A stretch of DNA of 64,000 nt. Origin: Terriglobia bacterium. GTDB lineage: Bacteria; Acidobacteriota; Terriglobia; JAIQFV01. The position numbers and the translations under genes were made by a program. The DNA lies in the NCBI GenBank assembly GCA_020072965.1, contig JAIQFY010000006.1, positions 1-64,000 on the forward strand, read 5' to 3'. The notes beneath the pieces were generated by a model, which did no database searches, was not told where the DNA came from, and worked only from the letters and a program-made list of their open reading frames with translations. Positions 1 to 8,305 of the stretch are shown piece by piece; the first letter of the stretch is position 1, and each line of letters begins with the position of its first letter.

Positions 1-463
1 CGTTGGGGTATTCGCGGATCTCCGCGGGCAGGACGAGTGCGGGGTTCGGTGAGCTTTCCATGATGCCGGTGATCCCGGCTGCCTGGTAGCCGTTGAAGAT
101 GATCATGTCTTCGGCGTAGGCGATCTGCCTGGCGGCGTCCTTCACCGGCTGCCAGTCGGAGTCCCGCGCGCCGCGCTCAACGTCGTCCACGTCCTGCCGG
201 CCAAGGGTGAAGGGCACGCGGAGCTCGACGACCTGCTGCGAGGTCCTCAGCCGGGCCATAAACCCTTCAACCCCTTCCGCGGGCGGGTCGACCTGCCCGA
301 CGTGGCCAGTTCCCACGCTGGAAAGCCCGAGGCCCGCGGGTTCCCCGACATCGACCACCCGGCGGCCCGCCACGTGCCGCCGGAACGTGCGGCGCGCCTC
401 CTCCTCGATGCTCGCCCAGGCGGCATCGGAGATCGGGGCGAGCTCGCGGTGCAGGTTGTTCAT
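1..463 (-). other. Encapsulin (Linocin_M18 family 1) shell-protein-like N-terminal half; its own ATG is at 463-461, in the same phase as the upstream Ig-repeat ORF with no intervening stop
   Basis: MNNLHRELAPISDAAW...RVPFTL...DVERGARDSDWQPVKDAA...FNGY matches the conserved N-terminal region of actinobacterial encapsulins (e.g. M. tuberculosis Cfp29 or Streptomyces Enc). This is recognised from family knowledge, not from a search. Confidence 0.65.
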
Positions 464-3400
464 GGCTGAGCATCCCGGGGAGCCGACGGTGAAGGTCGTC
501 GTGTTGGCGCTGGTGATCGCCGGCGCGGTCGCCGACGGGTTGACGGTCAGGGTGAAGTTCTGAGTGGCGTCAGGCCGCGGCGCCCCGTTCGATGCCGTGA
601 TGGTGAACGGGTAGCTGCCCGCGGCGCCCGGTGTGCCGGCCAAGGTGGCGGTGCTATTGCCGTTGTCCGTGAAGGTCACCCCGCCAGGCAGCGCACCAAC
701 CTCGGACAATGCCGGCGTGGGCGTCCCCGTGGCGGTCACTGTGAACGACCCCAGGGAGCCGACGGTGAAAGTGGTCGTGCTGGCGCTGGTGATCGCAGGC
801 GCGATGCCCGCGACGGTCAGGCTGAAGTTCTGGATGGCGTCAGGCCGCGGGGCCCCGTTCGATGCCGTGATGGTGAACGGGTAGCTGCCTATAGCACCCG
901 GTGTGCCGGCCAAGGTGGCGGTGCCGTTGCCGTTGTCGGTGAAGGTCACTCCGCTAGGGAGTGCACCCACCTCGGACAGGATCGGCGTGGGCGACCCCGT
1001 GGCAAGCACCGTAAACGACCCCGGGGAGAAGACGGTGAAGGTAGTCGTGCTGGGGCTGGTGATCGCAGGCGCCACCCCCGGCACGACGGTCAAGGTGAAG
1101 TTCTGGGTGGCGTCGGGCCGTGGTGGCCCGTTCGATGCCGTGATGGTGAACGGGTAGCTGCCCACGGCGCCCGGCGTGCCGGCCAAGGTGGCGGTGCCGT
1201 CGCCGTTGTCCGTGAAGGTCACCCCGGCAGGCAGTGCACCCGACTCGGACAGGGTCGGCATGGGCGACCCCGTGGCAAGCACCGTAAACGACCCCGCGGC
1301 GCCGATGAAAAACGAGGTCGTGCTGTTGCTCCAGATCACAGGAGCCGTCGCCGGCGGGGTACCGGGCCCGAAGAGGATTACGCTCAGCAATGATTCGCCG
1401 GCCACGTAGGCGAAGCCGGTGGCGGGGTTAACCGACACGCCGCCGAGGGAGGTCGCGTTGGGGACGGTCAGCAGCTGGGCATACTTCGCGAGGGCGGTGT
1501 CGACGACCTCCACGTTGCCCGTGTTCGTACCGGTCACCCACAGGACCCCGTGGTCAACCTGTCCTGGTTCACTTCCCGGGATAGCCGGGGCGAGGTCGGA
1601 GTCGAGGCCCAGGGAGTAAGCCTGTACTCCAGGGAGGTCGATGGTGCTGGTCGCCGACAACGTGATGACGGCGGGATCCTCGGCGTCACGGTTGCCGCTG
1701 ACCTTGATCAATGCACCGATCGGGATCGGCGAGCCAAGCGGGCCACCAATGGGGATGACCGTCGGGTCGGCGCCCGTTGGATCGAGGATCTCACGGGCGG
1801 TCATGAAGACATTGGCATTGGGATTGGCCTCAACCACCAGATCCCCGAACTTGACCTTCAGGTCCGGGTTTGCGTCTAAGACGGCCGCGATGTCCGGCCG
1901 CGATGTCTTCAGTGCTGTGAGCACTTCCGCAGAGGTGGCATAGGTGCTGACCTCGTCGAGCTCGCCCTCCAACGCGGGAGGCGGAACTATGGTGCCCTCC
2001 GCCTCAAGCCCGGCGTACGCCGGAAGGATGCGGTACATCTGGCCGGTGTAGGGCTCGACTCCGAAGAACTCACGGTTCAGCAGATCGGCCTCTGTCGACG
2101 CATCGTGGATCTTGTCGATCTGATGCCAGGCCAAGCCCGACAGGCCTACGCCCGTGGGCAGCGGATCGAACGTGTACGGTCCGGCCACCTGCCCGCTGAT
2201 TACGATCGGCAGGTTTTGGCTGGGCCAGGTGAAGTTGAGGTTCGGCATGTGGAACTCGTAGCTCTCACCCGAGATCGGCGGCGTTCCCATGATCACGCAG
2301 CCGATGGTGTTCTCCACCGGACCGCCCAGGGCGGTGTTGTCGATGGTCCGTCCGGAAACCTGCTTGATGTCGACCCACGACGGCACCATCGAGCCGGGTG
2401 ACGAGGTGGGTGCGAGTGCGCATGGATCACCTGACGCTTTCTGTGTTCCCTCGATCGCCACTGCTGCCGGAGCCCCGACCTCCCACTCGAGCTCGCCGTA
2501 CTCGTACTCGGTGGCCGGGTCCGAGGTTACGGTCAGGGTGATCGTGGCGTCCCCCGTCCCTGGGGGCGTAGTGGCGTTGTCATCGACGTGGGCTTGGAAT
2601 GTCCAGGTGCCCTCGATTGGCGTTCCGTAGAGGATGCCGTCCCCCTGGCCTGTGATGGGGTCGACGTGCGCGGTCAGCCAGCTAGGCAGATTCGTGAAGG
2701 TCCACTGGAACGGGCCCTCGCCGCCCTCAGCGATGCATGCCCACGCCTGGGGCACGCCCGCGAGGATCGCGACTTCGGGGTGCTCGGGTCCGCACAGAAC
2801 CGTAACAGTGACAGGTGCGGGGACCTCACCCGGTGCGGGCAGCTCGCCCGGGGCCAGAGTGGCCACGGACACGAACGACGTGAGGTCATTGGGCACCTGG
2901 GGCGTCGTCGGCAGGGACGTGGACGGCATGTTGCCGACATAGACAGATCCCGTCGCGGGGTCGAACGCCGGCTGGCCCGCGTTGTGGCCGAGGAGTCCGC
3001 CCCCGATGGGCGGACCCGTCGGGAACAGATCCACCGGATAATCCGGTTGGCTCACGTCGACCAGGACCAACAGCGACGACTCCGTGTCGACGCTCGTGGC
3101 GGGCACGATCTTGTCGCGCAGATTCGGATCGCGGCCGTAAGGGGGATTCGATTCGCTCTCCCACTGGTATCCCGAGCGCTTCATCACCACGTAAACGTAG
3201 GTGGCCGGGGTCTCCGAGTTGCTGGCGAGCGCCTCCTCCGTCGGATACGACACCGCAATCCCAACCGGCTCCCAACCGCCAACCGTGGCACGCCATGCGA
3301 ACTTGTTATGGTCCGCTGTGACCGTGGGGTCCGTCGGCACTTCACCGTCGGGCTGCGTGATCGGAATGGCGTCGGGCCACGGAACGTAGCCGACGACTTG

Positions 3401-3697
3401 GTTCTCCACGACGTCGATCGGTGGCCCGCCTACCATCAGCGCGCCGGTCGTTTCGGTACGGAGCCCCACGATCGTGAGCCCGTTCTTGTCGACCGAGTAC
3501 CAGAACGGTCGGGCGGGCTTGAGCGGGTTGCTGGGGGTCAACCCGTTCGCGAAGGGGTCGACCGCCGTCAGATGCGGGCTGGATGGCGCGAGATTCACGC
3601 TTTCGTGCACCGCGTACTGCGGCGGTTGGGCCGCATGAACAAACGAGAAGCTGGCTGTAAGCAGTCCAAGAATGACAAGCAGAATCAGGCGCTTCAT
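1..3697 (-). CDS. Large secreted multidomain protein (5' complete, 3' end runs off window): Sec signal peptide, beta-rich N-terminal region, >=3.5 tandem Ig-like (He_PIG / 'putative Ig' type) repeats, then an in-frame family-1 encapsulin (Linocin_M18)-like sequence
   Basis: ATG at 3697-3695 is preceded by AAGGAGA (3702-3708). The N-terminus MKRLILLVILGLLTASFSFVHAAQ is a typical signal peptide. The ORF track reports no stop-terminated minus-strand ORF in this phase, so the frame is open from 3697 to position 1. The repeat units read ...ALPxGVTFTDNGxGTATLAGTPGAxGSYPFTITASNGxPRPDAxQNFxLTV. The final ~155 codons read MNNLHRELAPISDAAWASIEEEARRTFRRHVAGRRVVDV...VELRVPFTL...DVERGARDSDWQPVKDAARQIAYAEDMIIFNGY. 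This translation was done by eye and is not verified codon by codon. Confidence 0.6.
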   Translation of the reverse strand, partial: MKRLILLVILGLLTASFSFVHAAQPPQYAVHESVNLAPSSPHLTAVDPFANGLTPSNPLKPARPFWYSVDKNGLTIVGLRTETTGALMVGGPPIDVVENQVVGYVPWPDAIPITQPDGEVPTDPTVTADHNKFAWRATVGGWEPVGIAVSYPTEEALASNSETPATYVYVVMKRSGYQWESESNPPYGRDPNLRDKIVPATSVDTESSLLVLVDVSQPDYPVDLFPTGPPIGGGLLGHNAGQPAFDPATGSVYVGNMPSTSLPTTPQVPNDLTSFVSVATLAPGELPAPGEVPAPVTVTVLCGPEHPEVAILAGVPQAWACIAEGGEGPFQWTFTNLPSWLTAHVDPITGQGDGILYGTPIEGTWTFQAHVDDNATTPPGTGDATITLTVTSDPATEYEYGELEWEVGAPAAVAIEGTQKASGDPCALAPTSSPGSMVPSWVDIKQVSGRTIDNTALGGPVENTIGCVIMGTPPISGESYEFHMPNLNFTWPSQNLPIVISGQVAGPYTFDPLPTGVGLSGLAWHQIDKIHDASTEADLLNREFFGVEPYTGQMYRILPAYAGLEAEGTIVPPPALEGELDEVSTYATSAEVLTALKTSRPDIAAVLDANPDLKVKFGDLVVEANPNANVFMTAREILDPTGADPTVIPIGGPLGSPIPIGALIKVSGNRDAEDPAVITLSATSTIDLPGVQAYSLGLDSDLAPAIPGSEPGQVDHGVLWVTGTNTGNVEVVDTALAKYAQLLTVPNATSLGGVSVNPATGFAYVAGESLLSVILFGPGTPPATAPVIWSNSTTSFFIGAAGSFTVLATGSPMPTLSESGALPAGVTFTDNGDGTATLAGTPGAVGSYPFTITASNGPPRPDATQNFTLTVVPGVAPAITSPSTTTFTVFSPGSFTVLATGSPTPILSEVGALPSGVTFTDNGNGTATLAGTPGAIGSYPFTITASNGAPRPDAIQNFSLTVAGIAPAITSASTTTFTVGSLGSFTVTATGTPTPALSEVGALPGGVTFTDNGNSTATLAGTPGAAGSYPFTITASNGAPRPDATQNFTLTVNPSATAPAITSANTTTFTVGSPGCSAMNNLHRELAPISDAAWASIEEEARRTFRRHVAGRRVVDVGEPAGLGLSSVGTGHVGQVDPPAEGVEGFMARLRTSQQVVELRVPFTLGRQDVDDVERGARDSDWQPVKDAARQIAYAEDMIIFNGYQAAGITGIMESSPNPALVLPAEIREYPN
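475..1410 (-). repeat. Tandem in-frame coding repeats (~270-273 nt, ~90 aa) encoding Ig-like He_PIG-type domains; 3 full copies plus a truncated fourth that stops abruptly at ...TTTFTVGSPG before the encapsulin-like ATG
   Basis: The period is visible as three near-identical antisense ORFs on the plus strand (633..884, 903..1157, 1176..1409). The GxYxFTITASN motif is characteristic of bacterial 'putative Ig' domains. Confidence 0.7.
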
Positions 3698-3995
3698 GGC
3701 GTGTCTCCTTAGCTTGCGCGACTCAGTTAGGGGAGACGTGGTATCGCGCAGAACCAGAACTAATTCTCCCCACCAATGCGGACGTGCCTATTCCGTTTAA
3801 TTTGTCCACTCAGTCCAGGGTAAGTTGTCCACCCGCGGACCGTAGCGAGGAATCGTTTCAGGATTCTCGTATCGCTTGATTTAATGATTAAATAGCCGGG
3901 TAGGGGCAGCATCATTTTCTCTCCAGAATAGGCAGACAACCCGACCTGTTACGCAGTGTAGGCGGGATCTGGTCGCAGAACAATCGGGCGGATTC

Positions 3996-4042
3996 TGGGC
4001 TGGAGCGGGGGAAAATCATGGGCTGGGGCGGGGGGAAATCGC
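3996..4042. promoter_or_regulatory. Tandem direct repeat (2 x ~23 nt, TGGGCTGGRGCGGGGGGAAAATC) in the 430-nt leader upstream of the secreted-protein gene and downstream of the LuxR-type regulator gene; candidate regulator-binding site
   Basis: tgggctggagcgggggaaaatca is immediately followed by tgggctggggcggggggaaatcg. Confidence 0.3.
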
Positions 4043-4128
4043 CACGACCGCGCAGCATACTGGGATTAACCAGGTTATCTGCCCGGCTCGGCGGGGCGCA
4101 TTGAAAAAGACTTATCGGAAAACGCGGG

Positions 4129-4794
4129 CTACGGTTGAATCAGCCCGTGGCGGATGGCATAGCGGACTAAACCGGCAGTGTCGTGGATGTCGAGTCTCTC
4201 CATTATCTTCGATCGGTGCGACTCGGCGGTTTTGATACTGATCCCCAGGATCGTCGCAATCTCCTTCGAGGTTTTCCCTTCGGCTACGAGTTGCAAGACC
4301 TGGCGTTCGCGATCCCGTAGCGGCATCACCTGTTCAGGGCAGTTGGTCAGGTACGCCTCCACTACGACATTAGAAACATCCGGACTTAGATACGTGTCCC
4401 CTTTGCACACTGCTTGAATGGCTCGCAGCAGCTCATCAAAGGCTTTGGACTTGACGACCACGCCACGGACGCCAGTGCGAAGACCTTCGAGCACATTGCG
4501 GCCCTGAATGTACATCGTCAAAAGAATAGTCTTGGTCCGCGGACTCACTTTCGTGATCCCCCGGGCAGCGTCGATGCCGTTGAGAAGCGGCATGGCCACA
4601 TCAAGAACCGCTACGTCGGGATGAAACTTTTCCGCCAGGCGGATCGCATCCTGTCCGTCGCCAGCTTCGCCGACCACTTGGAAGCCGGCGCGCTCCAGCA
4701 GGGCCCTAAGCCCCTGCCGGACCACTTCATGATCGTCGGCCAGTAAGATTTCGAGCGGCATAGACATACTCCCAAAGTCGGGCCGGGCACTCAT
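4129..4794 (-). CDS. LuxR/NarL/FixJ-family two-component response regulator (REC + LuxR-type HTH)
   Basis: It has an N-terminal receiver (ILLADDHEVVRQGLRALLE, D in VAVLDVAMP) and a C-terminal LTxRExEVLxLVAxGxTSKEIAxxLxISxKTVExHR HTH. The likely true start is the internal MSMPLEIL (~4767/4761). Confidence 0.9.
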   Translation of the reverse strand: MSARPDFGSMSMPLEILLADDHEVVRQGLRALLERAGFQVVGEAGDGQDAIRLAEKFHPDVAVLDVAMPLLNGIDAARGITKVSPRTKTILLTMYIQGRNVLEGLRTGVRGVVVKSKAFDELLRAIQAVCKGDTYLSPDVSNVVVEAYLTNCPEQVMPLRDRERQVLQLVAEGKTSKEIATILGISIKTAESHRSKIMERLDIHDTAGLVRYAIRHGLIQP

Positions 4795-5216
4795 TCGCCA
4801 TTGCCAAAAAGTTTCAGGACAACGATGGGTAACTCGTCCTTCAGAGCTGCCTTTGCAATGAAGCCGCTGGCCCCGCGCCTATAGCACAGCTTGCGCAACT
4901 CCGGGGTGTTGTGGACTGTGACGATGACCACTCGGGCTTCGGGACAATCCCGGCCCAAACAGGATGTAGCCTCAATGCCATCCATGACCGGCATTTCCAG
5001 ATCGAGGAGCACCAGGTCCGGGCGCAAACTTCGCGCCAGTGCCAGGGCTTCACGTCCATTGCTTGCGGCACCAACGAAGCTCAGATTTTGCTGCCTCGCC
5101 ACTACAGAAGATATGGCACGCAAAGCCGCTGGCGAGTCGTCGACCACGATGGTCCGAATCCCCTTCTTTTGTCCTGCCATGCACGCCCCCTCATCCCGCA
5201 GGTGCACTTCATTCAC
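4791..5216 (-). CDS. Single-domain CheY-like response-regulator receiver protein
   Basis: IRTIVVDDSPAALRAISSVV...DLVLLDLEMPVMDGIEA...VVIVTVH is a REC domain only. The likely start is MAGQKKGIRTIVV (~5180). Its stop overlaps the downstream regulator start (ATGA), so the two sit in one operon. Confidence 0.8.
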   Translation of the reverse strand: MNEVHLRDEGACMAGQKKGIRTIVVDDSPAALRAISSVVARQQNLSFVGAASNGREALALARSLRPDLVLLDLEMPVMDGIEATSCLGRDCPEARVVIVTVHNTPELRKLCYRRGASGFIAKAALKDELPIVVLKLFGNGE

Positions 5217-5306
5217 AAGCTGCGAGGTGAGCCTACGCCTTCAGCCCGGGAGATGCAAGTAGGGAAGTCCTCGGTTTTTGCAAGGAAAAGTCCCGATTCA
5301 CTAAGC

Positions 5307-7229
5307 TCATGCGGCGCTCACGGACGAGCCAGCATCGGCCGCGGCGGCGTCGGATGAAACAGTTTTTCTCACAAATAGATCAGACGTGGTCAATGGCAAA
5401 ACAGCCTGGATGCGGGTCCCACTACTGCTGGACTGAATCTCCAGCCGGCCTCCCAGCAGCCTGATCCGTTCCCGCATTCCGGCAATGCCGACGCCGGCGA
5501 GACGAGAGTTGGGGGCCAATATCTCCGGAGGAATCCCGCGGCCGGTATCGGCGATTTGCAATAGGACAAACTCCGCCTGGCGTGTAAGTGTAATGGTGGC
5601 AGTGCGGCATTGGGCATGGCGATGGACGTTTGAAAGCGCCTCCTGAACGACACGATAAATCGCCAGTTCCACTTCATGTCCCAGCCGTCCCAGCTTCGGG
5701 TCGATATCGAGAGTGACCTGCATCCCGCTGCGACTGGCGAATCCCTCCACATAGTCCCGCAAAGTCGCCGAAAGGCCGAGTTCGTCGAAATAGGGCGGAT
5801 GCAGAAGGTAAGAGATGGTGCGCAATTCGCTCGTGGATTCCTCGATCAAGCGACCACACTCATTCACAAGCGCTTTCGTGCTGATATCCTCAGCGGGAAC
5901 GGTATCCCGGATCATGCCCACGTTCATAGCCAAGGCGACCAGGTTTTGTACGGCGCCGTCATGCAACTCGCGGGCCAGGCGGCGGCGTTCCTCGTCTTGT
6001 AGCTGAAATAGGCGGCCGGTAAGCTCCCCCAACGACGCCACGGCGCGTTGGTGCTCGGTGACTTCTTTCTGCAGGAGTGCGTTGGATGCAGCAAGCTCGG
6101 CCGTGCGTCTCTCTATGCGCATCTCCAACTCGGCATGCGCCCGCCGCAACTCCTCCTGCGCACCTTCCCGCGTACTGATCTCACGCTGCAAAGCCTCATT
6201 CACCAGTCGCATGCGCGCCGATGCAAGCGCAGCTCCGGTACCGAAATACAAGGTCAGAGCAAGCAGCAGACTCAAAACGCTTCCGACCGCCAGCGTTACT
6301 TCCGGGAGCCTGGACCTGATTTCATTCACAACATCAGCATTCGGCCAAACGCGAAGCTGCCAGGTTGTTCCCGGGAGCCGAACATCGACGACCGTACCCC
6401 ATTCATGTTCGTGTTTTCGATTTGTCCCTGGCAGCAGATACTCCTGCTGGTTTGACTGCAACACTGCGAACGAAAAATCAAGGGGCCTAACGTCATTTAG
6501 GATGTAGTCGAGGGATTGTTCGACATCGAAGAAGGTGACAATAAAGCCCCGAGACTGCCCTCGGGCGTATACAGGGTATGCAATGGCCCACTGTCGGCTT
6601 CCGTCTGAGACCGCTTCGGGCGTGCTGATCATCGCGGCCTTGGATTTGGTCACAGCCTCGATCAATGCCTTTGGCATTCCATCAAACGCAAGCGGTCTTG
6701 TACTCATCTCCCCGTCTGCCATTACAACTACGCGCCGCTCCCCACCTGGCGTAAGCCACTCAACGGCAACACAGCCGGTCCTGTGCTGAATGTAAAGTTC
6801 CGCGTTTCTTGTCCACAACTCCTGGGCCGGGTCGGCCGCTTCCCACAACATCGCCAACCGGTCAAGGCCCAGAACTTGCCATTCCATGTCGGTGATAAGA
6901 TCTGTTCGTATCGCCTCCGCGGCCAGCTTCGTCGCCCAATGCATTTCGGAATGCTCATGGGTTCTGATTGCTCGCCAGACCGCGATCGTCGCGGCAATGC
7001 CCACGGCAAAAACAAGAACGGCGATCCATCGCCGATCAGAACCGCCGTCCTGGTATCGCCCAGCCAACTCTTCCCGGTTTGAATCGTCTCTGAGCATGAA
7101 AACCTTTCGCGGAAACACCACAACAAGCAGCGCGCCGGGACCGAGCGCAATTTGTATTAAATGCCTCCGCCAAGGACGGGCGACGAATGCCAGATAATTC
7201 TGTACCCCCGCCATGCGAAACAGGAACAA
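5307..7229 (-). CDS. Sensor histidine kinase, HisKA_3/NarX-type dimerisation domain plus HATPase_c, with two TM segments bracketing a ~270-aa periplasmic sensor region and a coiled-coil linker
   Basis: TM helices RRWIAVLVFAVGIAATIAVW and LAVGSVLSLLLALTLYFG. H-box ERRRLARELHDGAVQNL. ATPase motifs VQEALSNVHRHA...DTGRGIP...GIAGMRERIRLLGGRLEI. The start is uncertain (MLRDDSN... is likely). Confidence 0.85.
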   Translation of the reverse strand: MFLFRMAGVQNYLAFVARPWRRHLIQIALGPGALLVVVFPRKVFMLRDDSNREELAGRYQDGGSDRRWIAVLVFAVGIAATIAVWRAIRTHEHSEMHWATKLAAEAIRTDLITDMEWQVLGLDRLAMLWEAADPAQELWTRNAELYIQHRTGCVAVEWLTPGGERRVVVMADGEMSTRPLAFDGMPKALIEAVTKSKAAMISTPEAVSDGSRQWAIAYPVYARGQSRGFIVTFFDVEQSLDYILNDVRPLDFSFAVLQSNQQEYLLPGTNRKHEHEWGTVVDVRLPGTTWQLRVWPNADVVNEIRSRLPEVTLAVGSVLSLLLALTLYFGTGAALASARMRLVNEALQREISTREGAQEELRRAHAELEMRIERRTAELAASNALLQKEVTEHQRAVASLGELTGRLFQLQDEERRRLARELHDGAVQNLVALAMNVGMIRDTVPAEDISTKALVNECGRLIEESTSELRTISYLLHPPYFDELGLSATLRDYVEGFASRSGMQVTLDIDPKLGRLGHEVELAIYRVVQEALSNVHRHAQCRTATITLTRQAEFVLLQIADTGRGIPPEILAPNSRLAGVGIAGMRERIRLLGGRLEIQSSSSGTRIQAVLPLTTSDLFVRKTVSSDAAAADAGSSVSAA

Positions 7230-8159
7230 AACACCGATGTGTACATGAGCTTTCGCTCATCCAGATGGCGTTCTACAAGGCAACGGTGTCCCTTCAAATC
7301 GTTGAATCAAACGACAAGCTTCGAAAGCTGGAACTGCTCCGATGCGCCTCCATCGAACATCCGCTTTTTAGGAACTTCAATGACGCGCCCTTGTGCCTTT
7401 TCTTGGTCGATTCTTAGGGGTCTTTAGGTGGGGTAAATTTTGGAGTAAGAAATTCACGCTTAAGGTTAGTGCCACGACTCCGCTACCCTCTGGCTCCAAC
7501 CCCAGAATAAAAGTCTGCCAACATGTGATAATTATCACAACGTCCCTGCCAAAGTCAAGACTCGAGAAATCTTGGCGCCGTCAACGATCCGTGCAGTGGA
7601 AGTCGACCGGAATTCGTCATCTTCCCTTGAAACTATTCCAATGTGAACTAATATTCCAGGATTGTGACAAAATCTTCACGGTCGACACAACTCTCCTTCG
7701 AATTTGTTTACTGGTTGGATTCGGCTCTTCTTACATGAAAGATCAATCGCCCTCAGAACGAATACTGTAAAAATGTGTAGTCCGCGGCATAAGCCGTGGA
7801 GCCGCCAAGCGATTCGTGTTCTCCCCCTTTATGCACCCCGATGAACAAGGCAGTCGAAAAATCAGCATGAGCACGTTCCGATCCGGGAACTTTGTACTCA
7901 TCGCGATTCCATTACTCAGAGTCGTTTCTGCCACCCTTTGAACCAGCTTTGCATCTGCATCCTCAATTGGAATCTAAGCTCAGATCTGCTGAGGTACCAA
8001 TTTTAGGAATTTAGCTTGTTCTCACGGATAGCCGCTTTGGATTCTCTCGATTGAAAGGCCCTGCAAATATCCCGACGCAGCCCACCTCTTGGCCAGAAAT
8101 CACTCCAAACTAATACGAACGCAATTGAAAATGGTACAAATTCGCGCATGATTCAACGT

Positions 8160-8185
8160 GGGGGCGCATAGCTATGCGCCCCTAC
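8160..8185. repeat. REP-like palindrome, family 2 (GGGGCGCATAGC|TATGCGCCCC + TAC)
   Basis: It is a perfect 2 x 12-nt inverted repeat ending in CCCCTAC, which reads GTAGGGG on the other strand. It lies in the AT-rich gap upstream of the hydrolase gene. Confidence 0.6.
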
Positions 8186-8305
8186 AACGAACAATCCACC
8201 ATTACCCCATATAACACTATTTCCAACGTCTGTATTAGATACGAACCAAGATGCGAGTCTATACGTATAAGCGGGAGGGAAAGTCTGTTCAGGGGGAGAT
8301 GACCT

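Noticed and set aside
207-3712. Plus-strand ORFs 207..563, 633..884, 903..1157, 1176..1409, 1419..1943, 2105..2630 and 2588..3712 (374 aa)
   Set aside because: They are Arg/Gly/Pro-rich reading frames antisense to the real minus-strand gene. Such spurious ORFs are typical of ~70%-GC DNA. The true gene has a signal peptide, an SD and recognisable domains.
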